Below the pieces are notes generated by a model that was given only the letters and a program-made list of their open reading frames with translations, had not been told where the DNA came from and searched no databases. Made by a program: the position numbers and the translations under genes. Below are positions 36,369 through 47,811 of a DNA stretch of 50,142 nucleotides, in pieces. The number at the start of each line of letters is the position of its first letter. Position 1 is the stretch's first letter. The stretch comes from a virus: IMG/VR virus record IMGVR_UViG_3300035498_000744, positions 64,001-114,142 of that record; one strand, written 5' to 3'.

Positions 36369-36663
36369 TTTCAATCACCTGAGTTAGTAACTCAATACAC
36401 CGAAATACGGTTTTACGATATAGCATGAAATCTTCACACGTTTTTGAGGTTAAGCCCTCTAGCTTTGATAATAAAATCAATCCATTAACATTATTTTTAT
36501 AGATTTCAACTAAACCGCTAATCTCTTCAATCAAAACGTTTAAATGCGCTTTCCAATCTTCTCCATTTTCACGCATGGGAATTAATTTCCATAGTTGATT
36601 AATAAGTCTTTTTAAATCTTGAGCTTGGGTTTCTTTAGGAAACCCTATGTTATATTTATCCAT
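36361..36663 (-). CDS. Hypothetical protein (100 aa)
   Basis: Complete ORF-track gene, TAA stop. Confidence 0.45.
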   Translation of the reverse strand: MDKYNIGFPKETQAQDLKRLINQLWKLIPMRENGEDWKAHLNVLIEEISGLVEIYKNNVNGLILLSKLEGLTSKTCEDFMLYRKTVFRCIELLTQVIENE

Positions 36664-37156
36664 CGAAAGTGCTCGTTTCTGCTAAAGTAGACCAATTAGA
36701 CTTAATAGAACCCCTATCATCAACTATTCTCCTGCGCTTATATAAACGTTGCTTATGGAGAGACTAACGCTCGGCCTCTTTCTTCAGCTCAACTAACTTC
36801 GCAAGATGATTGGCCTAGCTCGTCATCTTAAAATCCTACCCTGAATACTTCATTCGTGTTTGCTCGATAGAAGCAATCTATCTTTGCAGCCAAGTATTAT
36901 ACATCAAGGTTGCCAATATATCTATTTCCTCTGAAGTTAAGTGTGAATTAAAAATGCCCAACTCTGTATCGAAATCATATAAAGGAAAGCGAGGAAACTC
37001 GAATCCTGGGATTGCATCAATCAAAATATTGAGCAAATCCTTTCGAGTATCTTCCTCGCTCCAAACAAAATAGGTATCATCAGTTATCTTACCAAAAAAC
37101 CTATCGTAAATATCTTCAAAGGGAGTTGGGCTGCCCTAAATGGGATAATCAGCCAT
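36656..37156 (-). CDS. Possible head-tail connector/adaptor protein (166 aa; 5 TAG)
   Basis: RBS GGGGGAGG then ATG 37156. Hand translation is coherent. Confidence 0.4.
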
Positions 37157-37169
37157 ATTTTCCTCCCCC

Positions 37170-37712
37170 TTACTTATCAGTCTTTACAACCACTCGACGA
37201 ACAGTCTCTTCTTCTTTTACTGCAACACGACGCTTAGCGGATGGTGTTTCCATAGAGTTCCCATCTTCGTCTCCGCTATTCTCAATGGCCGCAGTTACAT
37301 CGAAGCCTAATTGCTTTTTAATCGCTTCGCGTTTACCATAATCATTAAGAGGCAAGGAAACAGCGTATTGCTTAATTAAATCCTTTGTTCCTTGCGGTGC
37401 AAAATCTAAGGCGTCCTAGAACTCTTCTATAGAGCAAGCATTCATCCAATTAGGGATATCCTTCTCTTCAATCCAATATTCAGGCTCTTCTTTACCATTA
37501 ATCAAATAACGTAGAACTTCTTTATTATCAATATATAGATAATTATAAAGAAGAGCTCGGCCACCAGGTTGCTGAGAAACCTTTAGAAGCTCTGATACCG
37601 GAATATCCTTTTTAGTTTCCTGGGGATAATATACTCGACGAATTCCATCCTCTTTAATGTTGTATACTACCCTACCGGCGCTCTTATTTGTAACATTACA
37701 AGTCTCTTTCAT
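37170..37712 (-). CDS. Hypothetical head-associated protein (180 aa)
   Basis: ORF-track 37416..37712 and 37170..37355 joined through TAG; TAA stop. Confidence 0.45.
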
Positions 37713-37779
37713 ATTCTAAACTCCTTTTACTCAATAAATAAAAGGGGGCAAGGGTAAAGACCCTTACCCCCAGTTAGAA

Positions 37780-38832
37780 TCAATCACCAGTATTCGGATT
37801 GGGATTAACGTTGTCCAAGCTACCGGCAAGCTCAGTATCTACATAAGAGAAGATATTATTCGTCATCATGACGCCAACGCCAACCTTGCGGTAGACCTGA
37901 ATGTCTCGGCTCCAGTCCTCATTATCATCGACCTCGCGCATATGGGTATCGCCCTCGAAAGCAACCTTCACAGGTTGAGCATTGGCCCCAGCAGGAATAA
38001 CCCAACAATAGCCAGGATCGATAACCTTACGAGTATTAGTCTCATCCTCAACGGACTGGGGAAGAACAACCACTCGAATGCCCTTATAGTTAGCCAGATA
38101 ACCAGTGTTCCACATTGTATCACGCATGGTATCAGAAATCCAACCGTCTTGAGGAACAATCTTTACCGCAAACTCACGAGTGCAATAAATCGTTGGAGTA
38201 CCATAAGCAGAGGCAGTCTGCACCAGATAATCGAGAGTCCCCTCGTCGAAGCCAGCCACAGAAGCCCGATTAGCCTAAGGTAGAAGGTTTACAGAAGCCA
38301 TAAGAGCTTGAGCAATCTCACGATAAATAAGCTCATCCATACCATCCATAATAATTTGAATAAGCTCAGCGAAGTTCACCCGACCGTCAAGGAACTCCTC
38401 AAAACCAATCTTAGCGGCCGCACCCATAGCATTAGTCTGAAGCTCAAAACTCTCAGAACCAAGCTTAAAAGTCTCATAACGACCCGCCAGACCAGCATGA
38501 GTTACAAACTGCTTAGCCCGGGTAACGCCAGTACGACGTTTAAATACTGGACGAGTACCTTGCGGGAAAACTCGAATCTCGGCAAACTAGCCATAAGCAT
38601 CAATTAGCTTATTAGGAACGATATCGTCCATGGTCTACTCAAGCAGAGAGAATAGCTCATTTTTATTTTCGCGATACAGCTCATAAGTACCAGCAATCTC
38701 ATTCAGCTCATTGCGCAAAGTCTCATTTAAAGCGTTGTAGCTAAAAGATTCGCCGTTATAACTATAAGTCCCAGAAGGCTTAGCCGCAGCGACAGTCTTC
38801 ATAAGGGCAAGTAAATTAGTCCTATCTAACAT
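37780..38832 (-). CDS. Major capsid protein, lambda gpE-like (about 350 aa; 3 in-frame TAG)
   Basis: RBS AAAGGAG then ATG 38832. ORF-track 38635..38832 and 37780..38259 lie in one frame across TAG codons. N-terminus (DRTNLLALMKTV) and C-terminal region (YKGIRVVVLPQ...) resemble lambda E by recall. Confidence 0.65.
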
Positions 38833-38852
38833 TATTTAATTACTCCTTTCTT

Positions 38853-39524
38853 TTAGGCTACACGCTGAAGCTTAACGCCAGGTTGAAGATCTGGCATGGT
38901 ATAAACCTTAACTACCACAAAGATAGGATCAGCATCACCGCCAGCGCCCTTACCGGCAGCCAGGTATCCATCCTCACCAATCTTAAGAGTGTCGCCAACC
39001 TTCAAAGAACCAGCCTCAGCCATAATGGTATTAGTAGTAAAAAGATCCCCAATCTCAATTTTAACCACGCGAGGAGTCATCTTGGTGCCATTGGGCATCG
39101 GCACGCCGTAAGTAAACTTCTCAACATCGCGAGTATAAGCTACATTGGAACCCTCACGAGAACCATAAGTTCCATTGCTAATTACGTCAGAAGAGCTCTG
39201 ACCAACAGGGCTATATACATAAGCAGAATAATTCTCACGAAGCATGGCAAAATCAGCGTCGGTCTCACGATCCTCGTATACCTTAACCTCATTATAAACC
39301 ATCATCCAAGGACCAGAAGTAACCTCGGCATCAAAATCACAAACACCCTTAGCGTAATTATACTTTACAAATTGCCCATTCTCAAGCATATCAATATCAG
39401 CCGCGGCAGGTAGCTGAGCATAAACTTGACCGGTGCGCTTAGCAGACATATGGTTGTCTTCGACCTAGCCATAGCCACGGGTAACAAAAGTAGCGTTGCC
39501 ACGACGAATAGCACTCTTAGCCAT
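38853..39524 (-). CDS. Head protein upstream of the capsid gene (possible decoration or auxiliary protein, 223 aa)
   Basis: RBS AAAGGAGA then ATG 39524, one TAG read-through into ORF-track 38853..39449. Confidence 0.45.
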
Positions 39525-39549
39525 ATTCTTTATCTCCTTTGCTTACAAA

Positions 39550-40806
39550 TTAAATTTTATTCTTAGTCTCCCGAACAGCTTTAATCCAAGCGGGAGCCCC
39601 ATCATCATCCAGATTATTTAAACTAAACATTCCCTGGGCAGCTTCCTTCTCGTCCTCAAGATTAAAATTTACCTTATTGCGGACGCAAATAATAGAAAGC
39701 TTACCTTCAATATCATCAAGAGAGTAAGAATCAATGTTCTCAACGACATCCTTCTTATCCTCGTCACTAAGCATATAAAACTTATTAATCATGTCTTGCT
39801 TGCGGTCGCGCTCCGTGGCGAGCTTAAACTCTCGCAGAGCGGCAACCTCGGTCTCAATCTCATGATTTTCAGCCTCGAGAGCCGCATACTTACCCTAGAG
39901 CTCGTCATATTGAGCCTTCAGCTCGGCATACTCAACAACTTCAGCAAGATCATATTTCTTCTTATCTTGGTCGCCGCAAGCATTTTCGCCATTAGGCTTT
40001 TTCTTTTCGTCTTCCTTCTCCTCAGGAGCCTCGGTCTCAGGAGCCTTTTCTTTTTCCTCTTGATCTTCGGGCTTCTTCTCAAACTCAGTCTCCTGAGTCA
40101 AAGTTTTAGTCTCTTCCATGTGAGAGCCTCCTTTACTCAAAGTTTCTTGTAACTCAGTCAGCATAGAAAACATAGTAGCCTTAAATTCTTGAAACTCTGG
40201 GCTACTCTCTAGTGAAAACTGAGACTTAATTTGAGCGCCCTCAAAACAAGGCTCTACGTTCTCACCTAATACGCACAATTTCTCAATCAATGCTTCATTA
40301 TAAATAAAAATTCTCTTATTCGTCTTATCATCTTTTGTCCAAAACCCTCTAGAAGAATCATTATTTATCTCCATTGATTGGTTATTGCCTTGTTCCAGAA
40401 TCCTTTTTGCCTCTGGATAGGTTTCTGACCAGATATAAACATCGGTACATAGATACTCGCGTTCAGTACCTTCATCGTTGAATTTCTAAAACCACACATT
40501 AGCATCAGTGGGGACAAACCCATATGGTTTAGTTATATCAAGAATTTTATATTCTCCATCTTCAATGACGATTTCCCGCTCATGTCCTTCAAAATCTTTC
40601 TTCTCTTGATTATAAAAAGCAACCACTGGAGATCCAGGAAGTTTCTTCCCCATCTCTGTTGCAAGTTCCTTCGTTATTACTGTATTATTACGGTTAGGTT
40701 CTTGTCCTACATAACAAACTTTGCACATACCTTTGCTAATAAAAGGAGAAACCTACTTATCTTGAATATACTCTATCGTATTAGCAATAGGAACACTAAT
40801 ATGCAA
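39550..40806 (-). CDS. Scaffold-like protein with an acidic coiled-coil region (about 418 aa)
   Basis: TTG start 7 nt after AAGGAGGG (alternative ATG at 40728). ORF-track pieces 40486..40728, 39895..40374 and 39550..39792 share a frame across TAG. EKKPEDQEEKEK low-complexity region. Ends TAA. Confidence 0.55.
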
Positions 40807-40820
40807 GTCTAATCCCTCCT

Positions 40821-42263
40821 TTATGACATACTTTCCGAATTAGCTAGAGTTTTGTCAGACTTTTCCGAATCTTCTTTTTCCGGACGTCCGCTTTCTTTGG
40901 TCTCTATTGCCTTGCTACTCATGACATTACTCGTGACCGGCGGAATCATTATCTGAGACAAATTAAGAACTTCATTCTCAAAGGTCATCGTGGCAAGCAG
41001 TTCTGACTAAGAATGACCTAAAGCTATTTGCGGAAGCATCTTTGAATAGCCCATCTATGCGTGCTCTTTGTATAACTTAGCAAGCTCTTTATGGTTAAAT
41101 TGCGTAGTCTCTAGAATCTATACTCTAAAAGAATAATGATTCTTTTTATCAAACTTTGTAATAATTCTATTCAAGAGTCCTTTAAATAACTACGGGATAT
41201 CTCTTATAGAAGCTTCATCAACTAGAATAGAATTAGTTGTAGCTAAGTTACCATCAGCATTAAATAAGTTGCGAGAAATGCCCGCATTATTATAAACTGT
41301 TCGCTCTACTTTTTCAAGATCGTCTGTTGAGGTAGAAGAATTTGCATCTTTTGTATCAATTTTCTCAATATCTGCAAAAGTAGTCAATACATCTACTCCA
41401 ACTGCTCGCTTAAGCATTGTGACTGCGTTATTGTGGATATCTCTAGCTTCGTCAACGTCAAAAACTAAATCTCCATTTTTATCTAATGGGAGCTTCTATA
41501 CAATAATTTTAAGTAACTGTTGCATGGTCTTTTGGCGGTCTAGTTCTTGAGCCTGGTCTAAGTCAATAATAGAAGGAATAACCCCAACAAGAGGAGGAAA
41601 CTCGCTATCATTTAAGCTTAACTTAAAAGAGGTCTTAACGTCAAGCGGATACCAGCAAGTTTTATCTCCTGGATAATCACCCCTTAATTTTCCCTCTTTA
41701 TAAGTCACATAAGCTTGCTAAACATCTTTAGGGAAAGTTTTCAGGATATAAATCTTTTGCTATGGTTGCGGGAAGTACACATCGAAGAATTGTAAATTAA
41801 GCTCTACAACAGGATCAACTCCGCTATAATAGCGGCTGCGGCAGTAGTTAGCCGGCAGTTTCTAAACTCCAAATTTGTCGCCAAAATCCACAATAATACC
41901 ATACGAAGCCCCTTCCTTGACGATGTCTAAAGCAAGGTTCCCGCAAATCCTCTTTACATCAGAATTATCAAGATAGAGCAATACCTTGGAAAAGTCATTT
42001 AATAACTTCTTCTCTTTTGTTGCATCAATCGTATACGGCGTGACATACCAATCATACCTATAGAGATATGCGAGGTATCGACAAAGCTCATAGTAAATGC
42101 CATTGCTTTCATAAAAATAGTTAGATATTTCTCTAAGAGTCTTATAGTCATGCTTATAAATAGCTCGAAGAACAAAACCTTTGTCCCCATAGCTTGAGTT
42201 TATTTTTTTATAACTGCCAAGATTCACAGAAATATCATCTACAGTCCGCAGTCCAACTCGCAT
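40821..42263 (-). CDS. Portal protein (about 480 aa; about 8 in-frame TAG)
   Basis: ORF-track pieces 41862..42263, 41496..41708 and 41190..41417 share a frame and join through TAG. Hand translation continues to TAA just before the scaffold RBS. SPP1 gp6-like features by recall. Confidence 0.6.
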
Positions 42264-42350
42264 TTTTGCATAATCAGCATTTCCAATATCGAATCCCTTA
42301 GCTCTAATATCCTCCTATCGGTGTTTTAACAAAGAATATCACCTCCTTGT

Positions 42351-42711
42351 TTAGTAACCAGCCTTACTCATTATGTAATCATAATTCATGATATTTTCAT
42401 CTAAATAGGGTATTTCAACAAGCGTAATACCTTTCAGCGCGCAAAATCTACGCTTTTGATTATCGTTATACTTTTGCTGGTATAATCCTCTATTTCCCCC
42501 AAATTTACTTACAGCTTGATAATGCTGCTTACCTTGATACTCAATTAAAAAATCAAGATTTCCATCGTCATCAAATACAGCAAAATCAAAGCTATCGAAG
42601 AGGGCGACCACTAGGCGCTTTTAATCCAGGGAATTCATATTCCTCTTTAAAGTTTATGCCATTACTTTCCAGGATTTCATGAATTTTAATCTCGCCACGA
42701 GAAGCTCTCAT
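42351..42711 (-). pseudogene. Vsr/DUF559-like PD-(D/E)xK endonuclease, split by a frameshift between its N- and C-terminal parts
   Basis: N-terminal part from ATG 42711 with RBS GGGGGTGG: MRASRGEIKIHEILESNGINFKEEYEF... C-terminal part is ORF-track 42351..42611: FDFAVFDDDGNLDFLIEYQGKQHY...LVEIPY. The two parts are 100 nt apart, so they lie in different frames. Confidence 0.4.
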
Positions 42712-42773
42712 TTGTAACCACCCCCTTCTTTATTATATCTTAAAAAAGTCTAGGTTTAATTATCTAGTTTTGT

Positions 42774-45704
42774 CATCCGAGGAACATAAAATCTGAGAAG
42801 TTATGCTTGCGGCGCTTGCGCTTATTGTCTTCATTTTCTCGGATATAGTAGATTGCATAAAGCAAAGAAGAAAATTTATCATGCCCAATATTCCTATTAG
42901 CAGGTTTTAATTTGATATTAATCCCCTCATTCTCCTCGCGGAGGTTGAGCATTTCTTCTTTGAGTATGTCTGTTAGCTGATAGGGAATAAGATACTCTGC
43001 TCTCTATTCAGGGGTCATAGATTGCCCCATTTTCTTACCCATTAGTTTTGCTTTTGCTACCCGCTCAGATATCAAAAACTTAATTTTCCCAGACTCAATC
43101 TAACTTTGAAGCGTTGAATAAGCAGTAGAATCAATGGGAGCATTAGCTTTAATGACATAAATAGCGTCATCTTCTGTATCATTTGTACGAAATCGCTTAT
43201 ACTCCTAATCTGCATCTGTATAAGTTCCGCCTATCACCCCAAATGGAGGATAAACATCTCCTTCTTCTGTTATTTGACGTTTAACCATATAGTCCATAAG
43301 ACCAATCCCTACAATACCTTCCACATAGCTCGCTATTTCTATGTGCGTTCTTTTATGAACTGCTTATAGTTTCCCATAAGTTGAGACTATCTCTTTCTCT
43401 CAATGAGAGATCTTCCATTTCGACCACCAATCGCTTGCGGCCTACGTCTTTCGACTAGTCGTTGAACCTTTTCTTTCATCAATAGAAAAGAACTTGGCTG
43501 CGGATTAGCTTGCTTATTAAAGTTTAGCTTTCCCGCAATTAAAAAGATTTGCATCATGCAGTCGCCTACATGAGGGGCTATTTTATTAACCCGTTTCCAT
43601 CTATGACTAAACGTCTTGCCTTATAACGATAATATAACTTTTTAAGCTTGATAGCTTGTTCTTCAAAATGTAGTTCATTTTCCGCAAAAACATAAAGATT
43701 AACTAAAGTCTTTATAGAACTACCATCTAATTGCGGAGTTACCTTGATTATTGTTGCCACTGACTAACAATCTTTACGTCCTACGTCTACACCTATTACA
43801 TAATAAGCTTGGCTTGAAGACCGACCTGAATATTCATATTCGGGTTGATTAAGTATTCTGTTCCGGTCAAATTTCTCGCCATTAAAGAATGCTCCATCTA
43901 CCGTTCCAGTCCACTTGCTTGACATTTATCTTTAAAACTATTCGCAACATAGTTTCCCTTTCGGCTCCACATTTCTGTAGAGATGAGACTATATCATACA
44001 TTATTATTCTACGTATTTCTTAATAATAATGTTTTTGTGCTTCGATTTAAGGGAATTTCACCCACCCCATTAGCTTGGGCCCTACTCCTATTGAACTTAC
44101 GTCCCAAAGGGATAGTCGTTGAACCTTCTTGTTATTTTAACAAGCTTGGCTGCCGATTGTCCAATCCTAAATAATTTTACCATCCATGTGCTATTACGCA
44201 CACTGCTACGCCAAAAAGCTGCGGTTATTTAGGCTCTAAGGAGTTTCCGGCAATTCACAAAATTTATAGAGTACACAAGTTTTATACTCTCTTTCAAAGC
44301 CAGCTTCATTAAACGTAGGATCTCGCTTTAAGTCATTTAAAAAATTCTTTCCCAGCATCCCCATCAAGACTGGAACTCTATAAGTTCCGCCCATAATAAA
44401 GGCTTTACCAGGTTCTGTAACCATCTACACTAGTGTTTGAATCAACTTCTAGTAGCTAAAAGTATTCTTATAGCCAGCCGTTGTAATGTAAAGCTAAGAC
44501 TGGTTTAATACCTCGTCTTCCTAGACTGTCCCATCTAAACACTAGCGTGAAACATTCATCATCAAGAGAAAAGAAACTCTTGGACTATCTCATCAACTAC
44601 TGCCGAAAATAGTTGCTGCGCGCTTCGGACAGCGACAAACTCTGCTCTACTGGGTTACACTCATCACCCTTAGTCTCTACACCTTCCTTTTTTAAGGCTT
44701 GGCACGGGATTCTCTATATTCCCCGTTAGCTTGAATCGCTAGATTCAAACACCCTTTTGTCACAGGTTCACGCAGTTATTCACTTGTAACTCACGCTACA
44801 AGGCCCCAATGTTGTTCAGGGATTAAAACTTCTTGCAAGATCTATTGGTCTACGCCAACGCATTCCTCTATGAGCCCAGCATGTTTACGCCGTCCTCTCG
44901 AGCTTTCACGCGCCGCTATATTCTCAAAATCCGACCCATTCTTAAATACATATCGACAATGGTCTTTGCCTTCTGCGGTTCCTGACCCTCGTGTCCAATT
45001 GATCTCTCTTTTAAATGCGGGAATCTTTTCACAAATATCCTTAACCTTCTCTTGCAGTATCTATGCAGCTTGCTCCTTGCCTCCAGCCGTCGAGAATACG
45101 TGCGCTCCTGGATAGAGTATACAACGTATCACCTAGACTAATACGGAAAGGAAACTTTTTGAGTATGCCATTTGCTTTCTATTTAGTTCGCTACGCTAAA
45201 TACGTTCTCTTATGAACTGCTGTATGTCACCATACAGATAAGACTATATCTTCACCCTCGGCTTTACGTTAGGGGCCTACTTTTTCGGATACCAATCGCT
45301 TATATCCTACTCCCTCTCAGGATAGTCGTTGAACCTTTTCTTCCATCAATAGAGAAAGAACTTGGCTGCTGATTGTCTTGGTCAAGATGTCCCAGCAATT
45401 AAATAGGTCCTTCATTAATGTTTCCATCAATGCACGCTATACTCTAACGTGGATACACGGCATATACATACTTATATCTAGCTGCCACGCGCAGGAAAAC
45501 ACGCTAATAAAAGAAGAGATGGAAGGTTAATTCCTTTTCTGGGTCTCCGCCTGTCTACATAAAATCTACAAATAAATCTGGATACTCTCGCCAGAAAGCA
45601 ATATATTGCCTCATTATAGGTTTAACTGCTTCTAGCCTTTCTTTTGAGATTCCTACTTTTCTGGTAGCAATAGAAGAGGAATCTATTAATGATTCTAAGC
45701 TCAT
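42774..45704 (-). CDS. terL: Terminase large subunit, interrupted by about 4 self-splicing-intron-like elements. Exons roughly 45704-45470, 45170-44781, 44466-44194, 43928-43578, 43360-42774
   Basis: Exon 1 starts at an ATG overlapping the upstream stop (ATGA) after RBS AAGAGGAGG. Exon segments align in order with T4 gp17-type ATPase and nuclease motifs by recall: YQR, PRQS then KS, NGS, EEC, GVDVG, GIGLMDY. Exon boundaries are approximate. TGA at 42774-42776. Confidence 0.55.
43361..43577 (-). ncRNA. Group I intron-like element in terL
   Basis: On the minus strand, in 5' to 3' order: P-like AATTGCGGGAAAG, Q-like AATCCGCAGCCAAG, R-like GTTCAACGACTAG, S-like GAGATAGTCTC. These are consensus elements recalled from memory. 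Begins at the in-frame TAA of exon 4. Confidence 0.5.
43929..44193 (-). ncRNA. Group I intron-like element in terL
   Basis: Q-like AATCGGCAGCCAAG, R-like GTTCAACGACTATCC, S-like GATATAGTCTC. Confidence 0.45.
44467..44780 (-). ncRNA. Structured intervening sequence in terL (intron of uncertain class)
   Basis: Exon 2 ends TGA at 44781 and coding resumes near 44466. Contains a perfect hairpin (TTGAATCGCTAGATTCAA), a GCTAACGGGGAA / AATCCCGTG element repeated near 46950-46990, and an S-like GAGATAGTCC. Confidence 0.3.
45171..45470 (-). ncRNA. Group I intron-like element splitting the terL Walker-A region
   Basis: P-like AATTGCTGGGACA, Q-like AATCAGCAGCCAAG, R-like GTTCAACGACTATCC, S-like AAGATATAGTCT. 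Confidence 0.5.
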
Positions 45705-46126
45705 GATTCATCCTCCTCTTTTTCTTGGTCTACAAATTCATTAAACTCAACAAAGTCCGCATCTTTTATTGGTGAAGAGCTATAGTTAAATAGCCTCTCT
45801 TCTGCGGCATTATTAACATCTTCCTCGGAAATTTTAGCGGCGTCCGCAATAGCTTCTTTTTCTTGCTCTATTGCTTTAAGACTATTTTCAATAAGATTAT
45901 TAAGACCAACTTCTTCGGTTACTAAATCATGAGTATAATTTTGCATATCTTGAATAACTCTATCTACTTTATCTTGTGGTTTATCTACATAATATCTTGG
46001 AATAAAACCATCTCGTTCGCACAAGGCTACTATTTCTCCAATGGAATCTATATAATCACCTTGTTCTTCCTTGATCTAAGCAGCAGTGCATATTACTCCA
46101 TTGTTTCCAATGGCATTGACTATCTT
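45701..46126 (-). CDS. Acidic protein directly upstream of terL (about 141 aa open frame with no canonical start); terS candidate or a 3' exon
   Basis: ORF-track 45701..46024 extends upstream through one TAG to TAA at 46127. Its TGA overlaps the terL ATG. The first ATG/GTG/TTG is an internal TTG at 46024. Confidence 0.35.
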
Positions 46127-46258
46127 TTACTTTCACACTAAGCGAAAGGAAACCATTTCAGTTTTCAGAGGCTTCGTTTCCTAAAACCTCACTACGTACC
46201 AATAGTAGCCTTACTTCCCTGCCCAGAAGGCCTAGGGAATAGTCGATACAGATTCAAA

Positions 46259-46900
46259 TTAAATATATTTAACTATATAGCCGTGATAAGGTTTGCCTTG
46301 AAGAATATATTTTTTTAGAGTATCGGTACTTCCATTCGGGCTTAATCCAACGAAAACTTTAAAATCACGTTGTGTTTCAAATTCCCGAATAAAATTTCCA
46401 TTCAAATCATAAATAGCTACTCCTTTTGCAGTAGGAGCTTTTCCCCCTTGCTTAGCTTCGCTCATTTTCTTTTTAGATTCTTCATTATGGTGTCGTCCCC
46501 ACCAAGGATGCTCCTCTTTGCAAAAATGTTTGCCATAAAAATAATTCTTTTCTCCCTTAGCAGCTTCCGAAAGCTTTCTTTTTCGCTCTGCTTGAGCTTC
46601 CTCGCTCATACCAGCACAAGGATTACTGTTGAATCCACCTTCGGCTATATTATAAAAATTCTCGTTAGCAACAGCATCATAAGCTTGAATCCATTTTCTT
46701 TCAGCAATGTTCATGCTTTCATAATCTTGGCATATCTCAAGTATCTCTTTCTTAAAATTCTCTTTACCATATTTGGAAACAGCTTTCTTAAGCAAGCTTC
46801 CACTTCCAATATAGCTATCATCAATTTCTCCATGATGCTGGCCTATATATTGCTTGCCATCAATGAGGTTAGTAGTTAAATAAATGTAATACTGCTTCAT
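46259..46900 (-). CDS. GIY-YIG homing endonuclease (I-TevI/Seg-like)
   Basis: N-terminus KQYYIYLTTNLIDGKQYIGQH is a GIY-YIG motif. RBS AAAGGAG then ATG 46900 (the track's TTG 46909 is less likely). Basic C-terminal DNA-binding region. Standard-code ORF. Confidence 0.7.
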   Translation of the reverse strand: MKQYYIYLTTNLIDGKQYIGQHHGEIDDSYIGSGSLLKKAVSKYGKENFKKEILEICQDYESMNIAERKWIQAYDAVANENFYNIAEGGFNSNPCAGMSEEAQAERKRKLSEAAKGEKNYFYGKHFCKEEHPWWGRHHNEESKKKMSEAKQGGKAPTAKGVAIYDLNGNFIREFETQRDFKVFVGLSPNGSTDTLKKYILQGKPYHGYIVKYI

Positions 46901-46990
46901 ACTACACAAACTCCTTTAAATATATTTAATAAGTTTTCCACGGGATTACCATGCCACTAAACGTGGTTTAGGCTTCCCCGTTAGCTCGTT

Positions 46991-47716
46991 TTAAGAAACG
47001 AACCCCAGTGGTAACTGGTAAAGTTTTTCACGGTCCACTATTTCGAACCTGCCGCTTTTCATCAACGTATCATACGCTTTAGACATTTTTTGGAAGCTAT
47101 CAATATCCCCAGCATCGAGCAACTAATTTGCTTTAAGACTTGTTTTACAAATCATAATAAGTGTGTCTTTATGCCCAGCAGTCTATATATCATAAGACTG
47201 CATAAAATCTCGATACAGTTGTTCTAACTTTACCCACTCTTCTGGGCGATAGCCTCTCCCCCATTTAAGCCTAAGCATGAGTCTATCTTCTTCAGTTAAC
47301 TGTTCTGAAAACTCATCTTCTACCCATTCTGGGTCTTCATATTCGGGAACTTCTGCCGCCTCTACTTCAATTATAGGTTTTTGCGGCGTTCGGTCTATAG
47401 AGAGCCTTTCCTAGACTTCTTCATCTCTCAATCCACTAGCTTTCATTGCTTCAATGGTTCTTTGTCGAGACTCTTCCTCGATTTTTTCCGAATCGGCCCA
47501 TGTATATCTATTCCATTGCCGCAGTTTCATCTTAGAAAGATATCTGCCTAAAATAGTTACTCCACTAACCTTTGTAGGGTCTTTTCCATATTTTTCCAGA
47601 AGGGAATCCCATTCCTCTTTGATATAGGGGACATCAACCTCTTCCAAAATCCACTTATAGGTTTCTGGATCCCAGTTATCTACGTGCATAGTTATACATT
47701 TCTTGCAAGTAGTCAT
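46991..47716 (-). CDS. Hypothetical packaging-region protein (241 aa; terminase small-subunit candidate)
   Basis: ORF-track 47411..47716 continues through one TAG to TAA at 46991-46993. A mid-point stop I first called turned out to be an indexing error. Confidence 0.4.
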
Positions 47717-47811
47717 TACGCCATCAGGAGGATATCTATCTAACCTTTTAGATTTATAGAACTAATTTTCCTCCATGGTTTTACCGCATTTCTAACAATA
47801 ATGCTATGCCA

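Noticed and set aside
47264-47296. Apparent stop splitting 46991..47716 into two overlapping genes
   Set aside because: This was my own indexing slip. Re-reading the sequence shows one continuous frame.
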